Below, in pieces: positions 18,868 to 28,703 of a stretch of 64,000 bases of DNA. The position numbers and the translations under genes are program-made. Within the stretch, counting starts at the first letter, position 1. The number at the start of each line of letters is the position of its first letter. The notes beneath the pieces are model-generated. The model searched no databases and had not been told where the DNA came from. It was given only the letters and a program-made list of their open reading frames with translations. The stretch spans positions 3,710 through 67,709 of the forward strand of contig JAUILP010000007.1 in the NCBI GenBank assembly GCA_030432875.1, in the 5' to 3' direction. Source of the DNA: Oligoflexia bacterium (GTDB lineage: Bacteria > Bdellovibrionota_B > Oligoflexia > Oligoflexales > JAGOVF01).

Positions 18868-21800
18868 ATGGATTTGATTGGACTTTCCTTACGCCGACCC
18901 GTCTTCGCTTGGATGCTCATGACAGGGCTTATCGTATTCGGTGCCATCAGCCTAAACCGTCTCGGCATAAGTCAAATGCCCGATGTCGATTTTCCCGTTC
19001 TCTCAATTAACATAACTAATGAGGGGGCTGCGCCCGAAGTTATTGAAGCAGAACTCCTCGATGAAATAGAACAGAAGCTCCTCAATATCGAGGGCATAAA
19101 AGAAATGCGCTCTAAAGCAAGCCAAGGCGCAGGAAGTATAACTCTCGACTTTGATATATCGCGTGATATCGATTTGGCCTTGCAAGAAGTTCAAAGTGCC
19201 TTAAGCCAAGTAAAGCTGCCGCAAGGGGTAGATCTTCCCGTATTGCGTAAACGCAATCCCGAAGAGCAGCCTATTATGTATATTGGCTTAGCCGCGGATA
19301 AACCTTTACGCGAGCTGCTTATATTTGCCGATGATTTTCTCCTCGATCAGTTTCGTTTTATTGACGGTGTGGGAGAGGTTGCGCTGGGCGGATTTAGCGA
19401 ACGAACCCTAAGAATTTGGCCTGACCTGAGTAAACTCAAAAAAGCACAGCTCACTATTCTTGACCTGACGGATGCCATTGACTCACAGCATCTTGAGACA
19501 ACCGCGGGTGAATATTTGGAAGGAAGTGAAGAAATCCGGGTGCGCTGGCGCGGTGAAGCCGCTAGCGTAGACGAAATTAAAGCACTCCCCATACTCCGCC
19601 GCGGTGGCCAGCTTATTCAGGACGTTAAGTATACTCTGGGTGATTTTGCTCTGGTGGAGGATGGTCTTTCGGATATAACCCGTCTCGCGCGCAGCAACGG
19701 TAAAAATGCTGTCGCCTTTGGTGTTAGAAAACAGCGTGGTGGCAATGAAGTTGTGCTCGCAAATTTGATCAAACAAAAAATTAAGGATTTACAGGTCACT
19801 TTACCAGAGGGCTATAAACTACAGCTCAATGTTGATTTTACCCGACCCACAGAGGCTGTTGTCGCATCAACAACGCATAAACTTTGGCTTGCCGCCCTCA
19901 TTACCATACTGGTGTGTTTGCTATTTTTGGCGAGTTGGCAAAGTGCTCTAAATATTCTTTTTTCAATACCCACTTCAATTCTCGGAACTTTTATCATCAT
20001 CTATTATGCGGGTTTTACTCTAAATATTTTTACCCTTCTCGCTCTAACATTAGTCATATCTATAGTTGTTGATGATGCCATAATGATTTTAGAAAATATC
20101 ACCCGGCATTTTCATATGGGAAAAAATCCTTTTAATGCTGCGTACGACGGTGCCAAAGAAATTCTTCCTGCTGCAGTAGCTTCAAGTCTCGCTGTTGTGG
20201 CGATTTTTATTCCCACGGTATTTATGGATGGGGTGACGGGAAAATTTTTCTACCAATTTGGTATCACCATGTCAGCCGCTGTTTTATTGTCATTGGTTGA
20301 GGCCGTGACGATAACACCGATGCGCGCACATGCCTTTTTAGGAGCAAGTGGCAAAACCTCACAGATTGAACTCAAAGTGGAACGTTTTTTTTATGGTCTA
20401 TCACAATTTTATAGCCGATTTCTGCATCATTTTTTACGTTGGCCTGCCATGACGGTCTTTGTGGGTTTTGTTTTTTTTGCTAGTTCTCTTTTGGTTTTAA
20501 ATGGCTTAAAGCGAGAATTTGTGCCCTCCCAAGATCAAAATATTCTTATCATAAGTGGAAGCTTGCCTCCTGGCACTTCCTTACAGAAAACGGATAGCGT
20601 CGTACTAAAAATTGAAGAGATCATAAAAGAAAATCCTTTGGTAGAAAGCTATTTTGTCTCAGTCGGTGCTGGCGGCCCTAGCGGCGAGAGCAATCAATTT
20701 TTTATTCCCCTCTATTTGAAACCACGGCAGGAGCGTACACAGGACCACTTGCAAATCATGGCAGATATGCGTAAGAAACTAAGACCTATAACAGAAGCGC
20801 GCATATCTTTGCGTGATATATCAGCGAGAAATATCACGTCCGGAAAAATTCAGCCCGTAGCCTTTAATATTCGCGGGCCTAATTTGGATATTTTGCAAAA
20901 AAAATCTGATGAAATTATGAATCATCTTAATGATGCTGGGCTTACCGTTGATATGGACACTGATTTTAAACTGGGCGTTAAAGAGTTAGAACTGAGGCCT
21001 GATCGTGAGGCCATGAAAAAATATGGGGTAAACGCAAGTGCGATTGGTAAAACATTGAGTGCCGCTTTAGCAAGCCTGCGCATCAATAAAATTACCTTTG
21101 ATGGAAGACGCTATGATATGCGCATTAAAATCAGAGATGAACTCGTGGGCACGCCAGAGGATATTACTTCGATATATGTGCGCAACAATTTTGGTAACTT
21201 GATCAGTTTAGACAAACTTGTCACCATAGAAAAGCAGCAAACATTTCAGTCAATCACGCGCATAAACCGGCAGCGGTCGGTCGGTGTCTTTGGCAATCTC
21301 GCGCCGGGGCAGTCGCAGGCAAGTGTATTACAAAAGGCACGCGAGTTCGCCGAATCAATATTGCCAAGCGGATATGTCTTTTCCTTAGAAGGTGCGGCAG
21401 CGGGCCTTAATGAAAGCTTTAATAGCATGATGCTTGCGTTTATCATAGGTATTATCATCGCCTACATGATTCTCGGCGTGCAGTTTAACTCTTTTGTTCA
21501 CCCCATCGCCATACTTATGGCGCTCCCTTTTAGTATAAGCGGCGCGCTCTTTGCCTTGTATTTAATGGATACGTCCTTAAATCTCTACAGCATGATTGGA
21601 ATCATTGTTTTAATGGGTATTGCCAAGAAAAACTCTATTCTTTTGATCGAATTTACCAATCAAATAAGGTCTCGTAGTCCCACCCAATCTATTAAAGACA
21701 GTCTTCTCTTTGCTTGTCCTATTAGGCTACGACCAATTCTTATGACCTCGATAGCGACGATAGCAGCGGCTGTTCCTTTAGTACTCGGTAACGAGGTCGG

Positions 21801-21933
21801 GCAGGAGGTTCGGGCTCCCATGGGTTGGACCATTATCGGAGGCAATCTTGTATCGACAGCATTTACCTTAGTAGTCGTGCCGTGTTTTTATCTTCTTATG
21901 ACCAAATTCGAGCGAAAACCCCACAACCAATAG
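18868..21933 (+). CDS. RND efflux transporter permease (AcrB/AcrD/AcrF family)
   Basis: VVDDAIMILENI, KKNSILL, RLRPILMT; GGAGGA RBS. Confidence 0.96.
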   Translation: MDLIGLSLRRPVFAWMLMTGLIVFGAISLNRLGISQMPDVDFPVLSINITNEGAAPEVIEAELLDEIEQKLLNIEGIKEMRSKASQGAGSITLDFDISRDIDLALQEVQSALSQVKLPQGVDLPVLRKRNPEEQPIMYIGLAADKPLRELLIFADDFLLDQFRFIDGVGEVALGGFSERTLRIWPDLSKLKKAQLTILDLTDAIDSQHLETTAGEYLEGSEEIRVRWRGEAASVDEIKALPILRRGGQLIQDVKYTLGDFALVEDGLSDITRLARSNGKNAVAFGVRKQRGGNEVVLANLIKQKIKDLQVTLPEGYKLQLNVDFTRPTEAVVASTTHKLWLAALITILVCLLFLASWQSALNILFSIPTSILGTFIIIYYAGFTLNIFTLLALTLVISIVVDDAIMILENITRHFHMGKNPFNAAYDGAKEILPAAVASSLAVVAIFIPTVFMDGVTGKFFYQFGITMSAAVLLSLVEAVTITPMRAHAFLGASGKTSQIELKVERFFYGLSQFYSRFLHHFLRWPAMTVFVGFVFFASSLLVLNGLKREFVPSQDQNILIISGSLPPGTSLQKTDSVVLKIEEIIKENPLVESYFVSVGAGGPSGESNQFFIPLYLKPRQERTQDHLQIMADMRKKLRPITEARISLRDISARNITSGKIQPVAFNIRGPNLDILQKKSDEIMNHLNDAGLTVDMDTDFKLGVKELELRPDREAMKKYGVNASAIGKTLSAALASLRINKITFDGRRYDMRIKIRDELVGTPEDITSIYVRNNFGNLISLDKLVTIEKQQTFQSITRINRQRSVGVFGNLAPGQSQASVLQKAREFAESILPSGYVFSLEGAAAGLNESFNSMMLAFIIGIIIAYMILGVQFNSFVHPIAILMALPFSISGALFALYLMDTSLNLYSMIGIIVLMGIAKKNSILLIEFTNQIRSRSPTQSIKDSLLFACPIRLRPILMTSIATIAAAVPLVLGNEVGQEVRAPMGWTIIGGNLVSTAFTLVVVPCFYLLMTKFERKPHNQ

Positions 21934-22140
21934 ACTTTTTTTCCCAAATCTCAAAACGCCTCTGTGTTAAAGAACCTTAAACATATTAGGGTGAAGTCGT
22001 AATTTTCCTTAGACTGATTTCTTAGAAATCAGCTTTAATAAATTTTAATAGCATATGTTGGCTACATTTGCTAATCAAGCCATGAGAGCAAAAAGTTTAA
22101 TGGCTGGATTTTTGATCAAAAAAAATATGGGAAAAAAGTT

Positions 22141-22893
22141 ATGAATCAGTTTACTGTTAAAAAAATATTTCTATTATTTGCTGTTATGACTTTTCCTACT
22201 AACTGTTCGCGCGGGACCTCAAAAGAGTTTGCGGCTGATCCAGGTCAGTTAAAACAAAATATGTTGGAGGCAAATAGCCAAGTTGTCCCAAATCCTGAAG
22301 CGATCTCACATGCCGAGTTTCCCCTTTCACATGTTATAAACATAATAAGTGCTGAGTTAGAACAATCCTCAATATGGTTGTTGAGAGACCGAGTAAATAT
22401 AGGGGGGATACTCGATTGGGTCATAATAGGCTTAGATAACCCGAGGATTCCACTAATAGGGGTTGATGTTGTCCTGGCTGCTTTAGCTAGACCAGCTCCA
22501 GGGCGATATGCTGAAGAGAGTGTTGAAAGTCAAGAATTCACATTGTTTTTATCCTCAAGTTCAAAGTCTCAAGTAAACACTTGCGTAAGAAATTCAAATA
22601 GCTATTGGCAGGAGTTGTTTTTTAATAATAAATTAGCGACTTCGGTTACACTCCCTTTAATAGAGATATGCTTTATCGAGGAGAATACTGATGTTGCCTC
22701 ATTAAACCAAGAACTTCATAGCAGAGGCTTAGATGTAGATTACCTAGTTATTAATAAATTCACAGACGGCCCAATTCTCTTTCGGCTTAAGGGCACCACA
22801 GCGTCTGCTGCTTTTCAGTACCCACCAATTTGCGCAAAAATCAGGCAAGATTCAGAATTTTTAAAATCAATTCGTCGTTATGTCGGATGCTAA
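22141..22893 (+). CDS. Hypothetical exported protein, possibly a lipoprotein
   Basis: 250-aa ORF with signal-like N-terminus and Cys22. Confidence 0.6.
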   Translation: MNQFTVKKIFLLFAVMTFPTNCSRGTSKEFAADPGQLKQNMLEANSQVVPNPEAISHAEFPLSHVINIISAELEQSSIWLLRDRVNIGGILDWVIIGLDNPRIPLIGVDVVLAALARPAPGRYAEESVESQEFTLFLSSSSKSQVNTCVRNSNSYWQELFFNNKLATSVTLPLIEICFIEENTDVASLNQELHSRGLDVDYLVINKFTDGPILFRLKGTTASAAFQYPPICAKIRQDSEFLKSIRRYVGC

Positions 22894-22986
22894 AAAATCT
22901 TTAGGTTTTTTTATAAGAAAATATTTTTCACCCTAATGATCATAATGGCACCTATTGGATTTTCTCTTAGCCTGCTAAAAAGCAAA

Positions 22987-23202
22987 TTACGCAGGACTAA
23001 TTTCACCATTAAGATCATTGATCTTAAGCTTGGTTTCATCCAAACGTTTTCCCATTTCTTTGATTAGTTCATGGGCTTCGCCGACTTCAGAAACAAGGCG
23101 GTCAAGCGGAATATCATTGCCACTAAGCTTGATGATAATTTCGTCAACGCGCGTTAACATCTCTTCATAAGATTTTTTCCCTAAGCTAATATTTTTACTC
23201 AT
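22987..23202 (-). CDS. xseB: Exodeoxyribonuclease VII small subunit
   Basis: SYEEMLTRVDEII..LSG.DIPLD; overlaps xseA. Confidence 0.88.
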   Translation of the reverse strand: MSKNISLGKKSYEEMLTRVDEIIIKLSGNDIPLDRLVSEVGEAHELIKEMGKRLDETKLKINDLNGEISPA

Positions 23203-24994
23203 GTGATTCTCCTTTGTCAGATGATTTAGATGTATGTATAGTTCCTGTTATGTCTAAGTTTAGAGTCCCGTCTTTGAGTGTCGCCTTAACTTTATCGCCA
23301 ACGAGAACTTGGTTCACTGAAAAAATCTTTTCACCATTTTTATTTCTTAGCTCTGTCCAACCTTTCTCTAGCCAGGGTCCTGGATCAATTTGGGAGATTT
23401 TTAGCATTAGGTTCTTCTGCTTGTCTTTGTTGTGTTGCCATACATTCATGGCCTCTGTGCGGAGAAGATTTTTTAGGGATCTTATTTTTTCGTACTTGGC
23501 GGCAAAATACGATAGCGCCGCGGCTTCGGTGCGGGCTAAAAGTTTGGCAAGCAAAAGGGTTCCGGCATTCAATTGTGTTTGCGTTTTTTCGGCTAGGTTA
23601 AAACGTAGGGACTGAAGCTTGACCGCTTTTTTTTCAAGATTTTGTAGGCTCATTTTTCTTAAATTATCTAAACGCTGAGCTCTATTCTCTTTCGCATCGT
23701 GGTAGCACTTTTCGAGCAAGCGACTTAGCCCAAGACTCCAGGCTTTTAGCTGTTCTCGAAAGGCAAGTTGGTTTTTGGCAAGAAAATCACTGGCTGCAGT
23801 AGGAGTTTTTTCTCGGTGAAAAGAAACTTCCTCGGCAATACAGGTATCATCATGATGGCCGATTGCGGAAAGAATTGGGACCTTCGACTGGCAAATTGCA
23901 TAAGCCAAATCCGCATCATTAAACCACTCAAGATCGGCACCAGATCCGCCGCCACGAGTGATGATGATGACATCAACCTTTCGGGTTACCAGGGTTTTTA
24001 TACCCTCACAAATCATTTTTGCAGAGTTTTCCCCCTGCATCGGTGCCGAAAAGAAATCGAGTTCAACAAGGGTATTTGCCCCTTTCAGTTGATCAATAAA
24101 ATCAGAGTATGCCCGCGAATCTTTAGCCGTAATGAGGCCTATGCGGGTGATAAGCTTTGGGAGGCGTAAACTGCGATTTTTATCATAGAGATTTTTTTGT
24201 TTGAGTTCTTTTACTAATTTTTCGCGTTTTAGTGCGAGATCTCCTTTGGTGAAAGCGAGATCAAAATCAAGGATATTCAAGCTTAGCTGTGCACGGTCAC
24301 GATAAAAGCTGGTCCCAACCAAAGCGCGAATTTTTTGACCTTCTTTGAGAATAAGGGCAAGATCGCTTTTTAATTTGGCTTTCAAAATTGCCATTTGCTG
24401 GTTCCAAATAGTCACGGGTATGGTGAGACTTCCCCTGTTTTGGTAGGATGTAGTCGTTTTTTCTTCCGCAAAACTAAAAAAAACACCCTGATCTCTGATG
24501 TTTAGGTTTTGGATTTCGCCGACCAGCCAGAGCGATGCTGGCAAATGGCGGCTGATAATAGCCGCGGTGTGATCTAATAATTCTCTAATGCTCCAGGTTT
24601 TTTCTTGCAGCTCATCATTTGCGGAGAGAGATACCGCATCGTTTCTTAGCCTAGTTTGCCCGGAAGTGAAGCCGTGATCTTTTTTAGGTTTGGCCGCCGA
24701 GCTATGATCCATAGAAGCTTTGGCTTGCTCTAATGTATGCGTATGCCCTGACGCATGAATTCGCGTTAACCCTGTTGAGGCTTCAGATTTTGTCGCCCCC
24801 CCCCCGATAGGGCCGCCACCGGTGGCGCGGCAGAGCGCGGTGATTTTTTCTTGATTGGTAACGCTGTCACTGATAACCCAAATTTTTCGCTGACCATCAA
24901 ATATGGCGCCAACTTCCTTGAGATGGTCCTTAAACGCAAAGGTATTACCCAAAATAACAATAGCGTTGTTTTCGATGCGAAAATGCAGGGGCAT
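23195..24994 (-). CDS. xseA: Exodeoxyribonuclease VII large subunit with an extra N-terminal domain
   Basis: WLVGEI OB-fold, IIITRGGGSGADL, SAIGHHDD, TPTAA, C-terminal LEKGW...LKDG. Confidence 0.92.
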   Translation of the reverse strand: MPLHFRIENNAIVILGNTFAFKDHLKEVGAIFDGQRKIWVISDSVTNQEKITALCRATGGGPIGGGATKSEASTGLTRIHASGHTHTLEQAKASMDHSSAAKPKKDHGFTSGQTRLRNDAVSLSANDELQEKTWSIRELLDHTAAIISRHLPASLWLVGEIQNLNIRDQGVFFSFAEEKTTTSYQNRGSLTIPVTIWNQQMAILKAKLKSDLALILKEGQKIRALVGTSFYRDRAQLSLNILDFDLAFTKGDLALKREKLVKELKQKNLYDKNRSLRLPKLITRIGLITAKDSRAYSDFIDQLKGANTLVELDFFSAPMQGENSAKMICEGIKTLVTRKVDVIIITRGGGSGADLEWFNDADLAYAICQSKVPILSAIGHHDDTCIAEEVSFHREKTPTAASDFLAKNQLAFREQLKAWSLGLSRLLEKCYHDAKENRAQRLDNLRKMSLQNLEKKAVKLQSLRFNLAEKTQTQLNAGTLLLAKLLARTEAAALSYFAAKYEKIRSLKNLLRTEAMNVWQHNKDKQKNLMLKISQIDPGPWLEKGWTELRNKNGEKIFSVNQVLVGDKVKATLKDGTLNLDITGTIHTSKSSDKGESHE

Positions 24995-25452
24995 GCTTAA
25001 CCTTAGGATAATGACGAGTTAACAAATTATTCCCTTTATATAGGAAATTTACCAAAAAATCATAAAATTTTATTTGATCCCCGTTCTTTAAATGTACATT
25101 CCCGCGCCTCAGGGGCAATGTAAAACATCGGGATAATAAGCCTTTGATGTTTTATGCGGCATTTTAGGGTTTGTGTGCGTGTTGATATCAGGCTTGCCAG
25201 TAGCGGGGTGTAAGGAAAAAGTGCCAAGCATCAAGTGCTTGTCGCTGCCTATATACAAAAATCCAGTGAATACAGCACATTAAAAATGGCAGTTCCTTAA
25301 ATGTAAAAATGAGGTTGTAAGCGAGTACTGTGAATGGCTAACTCAATGATTTCGGGGGTTTTAGCTGTTTACTTTTCCTCCTCAGCTTGATATGGAAATT
25401 GTCAGGGTGGGCTTTGGCTTAAAATTTTATCAATCAATTGAGGAACAACACA

Positions 25453-26778
25453 ATGAGATGCCATTTACCAGTTTTTTCATTACTCGCTTTTATGTTTGCC
25501 TGTAGTGGGCCGCACGCAACTGAAAACTCTAGTGGGGTGAACGCAGTCACTTATACACCAACTAAAGTGAACACATTGGCCTTTTTTCTTAAAGCAAATC
25601 CTGGGTCAGGAAACGGGGCGATTACCCCAGCTATGGTGGGAAATAATTTTTCACCAACTGATTGCCCTGAGTGTGCTGCGGGCGACAGTGATGGTTATGG
25701 GCCTAAACTCACTATTGTGGTCAATAATGAAACTTTTGAAGGTAAAGTAAAAATTCGCGGCGGTCTTACGCGCCAGTTTCCTAAAAAATCTTTTAGTGTA
25801 AAATTTTCGGGAAAAGAAGGGCCCTTGCTGGCTGGCATGCGGCATAACAAAATCATCCTTAATGCAAGCTATAATGACCCAACATTTTTAAGGCAGTTTA
25901 TCGTTCTCAACACACAAATCCTCACCGGGGGGTATGCCTCAAACGTCGATTTTGCAGCATTTAAAGTCGCTGGAGATTTTAGCAAGAGGGGTGGCGAAAA
26001 AATTTCAAATCCCGCTCAGGTGCGTCAATCTCTCTATATTCTGTTTGAAGATTATAAAGATGGTGCTAAAGCAATCAATGGTGGTAAAAAATCCCAAATT
26101 GTTAAAAATGAAAGTGACTGCGATTGGGGTAACTGTGGCGCAAACAACTTTTTTGAGGAGAGTGATCTTTTAAACAAGACAGCCGAAGAGCAAGCCGCGG
26201 TGCGCTCTGAAGGACAGATGGGAGCTAATATTGTCAATAGTATGTGTCATGGGGGTAATTCAATAAACATCGATAGTTATTATCGGTGGCAATATATCAA
26301 TCACTTTTTCTATGACCGTGACTCGATTACCAAGAACTATATTTTATTCCAAAAAAATGGCGGCCAATTTTACTTTTGGCACTGGGACGCTGATGCCACG
26401 ATGGGCTATATGCCTGATGGGTCAATTTACGGTGATTTTGCTGATATCACAACTGATGAGCCCTGGGGGAGAAAACGCAATAGGGGTGATGCCTGGGCGG
26501 AGGGCTGTATGCGCAGTCAAGATATCAACCGTTACAAACAGCTCTACAGAGACGCTGTTGTAAACGTAATGCATCCTGACAAGGTGACTGCCTGGTTAAA
26601 CGCGACGCGGATCGTTGATGTTATTAGACCCTATGCACAAGCCGATATCAATGCTTGGTCCCCCCGTCCTGGGACAAGATCGGTAAGAGACAATAATTTT
26701 GATAACGAAGTTAATTTTATGCTCAGTAACTTCAGAGCAGTGGGCAACGCCAATATTAATAAATTTAACTTACGCTAA
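25453..26778 (+). CDS. CotH-family kinase lipoprotein
   Basis: Lipobox MFAC; KIRGG..R.FPKKSF.VKF, YNDPTFLR, D...KNY, WDADATMG. Confidence 0.85.
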   Translation: MRCHLPVFSLLAFMFACSGPHATENSSGVNAVTYTPTKVNTLAFFLKANPGSGNGAITPAMVGNNFSPTDCPECAAGDSDGYGPKLTIVVNNETFEGKVKIRGGLTRQFPKKSFSVKFSGKEGPLLAGMRHNKIILNASYNDPTFLRQFIVLNTQILTGGYASNVDFAAFKVAGDFSKRGGEKISNPAQVRQSLYILFEDYKDGAKAINGGKKSQIVKNESDCDWGNCGANNFFEESDLLNKTAEEQAAVRSEGQMGANIVNSMCHGGNSINIDSYYRWQYINHFFYDRDSITKNYILFQKNGGQFYFWHWDADATMGYMPDGSIYGDFADITTDEPWGRKRNRGDAWAEGCMRSQDINRYKQLYRDAVVNVMHPDKVTAWLNATRIVDVIRPYAQADINAWSPRPGTRSVRDNNFDNEVNFMLSNFRAVGNANINKFNLR

Positions 26779-26839
26779 AACAGGGGATCAAGATTATGCC
26801 GCGAATGTGTTTGTTCGCGGCTTAGAGCCGACATTAAAA

Positions 26840-26885
26840 ATAAAAAGCGTGCATTTCTTAAGCCTAGGCTGAAAATGCACGCTTA
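26840..26885 (-). terminator. Terminator in the convergent intergenic region
   Basis: AAGCGTGCATTT...AAATGCACGCTT with a U-tract on the minus strand; second hairpin GCCGCGAA/TTCGCGGC near 26798-26821. Confidence 0.55.
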
Positions 26886-26907
26886 TCACTTCATAATAGC
26901 GCTTTAT

Positions 26908-27420
26908 CTAAAAAGCGGTCTCTCGCTCTTCTTCTTCTTCATCATCGATTTCGGGTAGCGCTTCTTCGATTTCATCATCGTCAGCGCGCAGCGCATAACG
27001 GCTCCGTATAAGGGTAACGGGCTTACCGAAGGAAATTTCTTCAATATTTATTAATAAGCTTTCTACCTCTAAAGTATTTTTAAGTATGTCCAAGGCATCT
27101 TCAGGAATGGGGAATACGGTGGCTTCTGCACGATAATCTAGTGAGATCAGGGTTTGCTTGGCTTTTTCCATCATACCCGAAAACACAAAGGGCATGTTCA
27201 TGCGTTTGCGAAGCTGTAAAAGCTCTTCGAGCATACAAGCACATACATCTTTTTCATCTTGAAAATCAATAAGAAGATATTTTTGATCCGTAGCCACCAG
27301 CCAGTTATGAATACCAATAACCATGTCTTTGCAGGTTTCACATTCGCCGTGCCGCGTGCAACTACCAATTACATTACAAACAACAGCATCTTCAACAATT
27401 TCTGGAATTATTTCAATCAT
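26908..27420 (-). CDS. STAS-like (anti-sigma antagonist fold) Cys-rich protein with acidic tail
   Basis: Pattern VVCNVIG...LLIDF...FVFSG...VF...EDAL resembles STAS domains. Confidence 0.55.
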   Translation of the reverse strand: MIEIIPEIVEDAVVCNVIGSCTRHGECETCKDMVIGIHNWLVATDQKYLLIDFQDEKDVCACMLEELLQLRKRMNMPFVFSGMMEKAKQTLISLDYRAEATVFPIPEDALDILKNTLEVESLLINIEEISFGKPVTLIRSRYALRADDDEIEEALPEIDDEEEEERETAF

Positions 27421-27501
27421 AAGAGCTCCTTCTCCCTACCTTTTTTTACAAAACCTTTTATACTCTCAAAAAATCAACATATTTGCAAGTTTTCCCCATA
27501 G

Positions 27502-27993
27502 CTACCTCCCTATCACAAATTTTTGGGAAAGATCAAGCCATTGTGCAACCAATTTTCGGACAACATCTCTTATTCCGCTATAATTAAAGTCTTTTTTGAG
27601 CTTGGGTAAAATTTCCAGGAGGGTGTTTTTTGCTTCTTCCTGGTCTTTTAGCTGAAAAAATTTGGGCTTAACGTGAAGTTTGATATTTTCATCACCGAGC
27701 AGTAGAAGCAGACGCTTGTCACGTTCCTCTTCGTCGGTAAAAATAGCGCGTTTGCGGAGAATATCTTGGTTTACCTCGGTTTCCATGCCAATTTTTAACT
27801 CCCAGGGAAGGGGGCCTTTTGGATCTTTAACCGTTAAGACAATATTTAATTGCCAATGCAGCCCAAAAATATCGACAATTTCTTTTATATTATTTTCCTG
27901 CACCCAGTAGTTAAACTGTTGAGTTGCGGCAGAAAAAGATGGTACAACTGGGGAAGATAATTTGGTCTCACGTAATTCCATAATTGCAATCAC
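27502..27993 (-). CDS. Hypothetical protein
   Basis: 163-aa ORF in line with its neighbours. Confidence 0.65.
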   Translation of the reverse strand: MIAIMELRETKLSSPVVPSFSAATQQFNYWVQENNIKEIVDIFGLHWQLNIVLTVKDPKGPLPWELKIGMETEVNQDILRKRAIFTDEEERDKRLLLLLGDENIKLHVKPKFFQLKDQEEAKNTLLEILPKLKKDFNYSGIRDVVRKLVAQWLDLSQKFVIGR

Positions 27994-28035
27994 CCTCGTC
28001 TGATATCACCGGTAATGTAAATTTATAAGTGTGAG

Positions 28036-28665
28036 TTGATGCTATCATATAAACAAAAAAAATTACAGGCAATTATAGGCTTTTTTTGCGTTTTGGCACC
28101 TTTTTCTTGTACCTATCAATTTTCAAATTATGCCTATAAGCCACCAAAAGGTATTTCCAAAATAGCCGTAGAGGCCGTTTATGACACGTCGCGTTCGGTA
28201 ATACCTCATGATATACTCTGGGATGAGATCCAGGTCGCCCTCGCCCGCAGCGGACATCTTGTGCTCACGAGCATTGACAATGCCGAAGGACTTTTGCGCG
28301 TACACATCAAAAATTATAGTACACGGCAATTTGGTCGCTCCAGCACTATTAACGAGTTTAAGGATCCCAGGCCATTTGAAACTGGGGAGCCGACTCCTCC
28401 AAGGTATTTACGGAACTTAGCGCAGTCTCATAGCATTGCGCAGCAAGAAACCTTTACCCTAGGGATTGACGTGGAGCTTTGGGATCTTCATACCCAGAAA
28501 AAAGTTTTTAGCAAAAGCTATAGTACTCAAAAAAAATACAAAATTGGGCTAACTCAAAATAAAAAGCTTATTCATCTCCGTTCAGAAGAGAGTAATAGCA
28601 TAAATTTTGCGGCTGCATCTGAAGACCTAGCCAATAGAATCGCTTCCGATTTACTGGGGCGCTAA
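28036..28665 (+). CDS. lptE: LPS assembly lipoprotein LptE-like
   Basis: Lipobox FSC-TYQF, P.GI.KIAV, C-terminal helix; adjacent to lptD. Confidence 0.72.
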   Translation: MMLSYKQKKLQAIIGFFCVLAPFSCTYQFSNYAYKPPKGISKIAVEAVYDTSRSVIPHDILWDEIQVALARSGHLVLTSIDNAEGLLRVHIKNYSTRQFGRSSTINEFKDPRPFETGEPTPPRYLRNLAQSHSIAQQETFTLGIDVELWDLHTQKKVFSKSYSTQKKYKIGLTQNKKLIHLRSEESNSINFAAASEDLANRIASDLLGR

Positions 28666-28703
28666 ATTTAATGCGCAAGCCTGATTGATCTTGTAAAAAA
28701 ATT

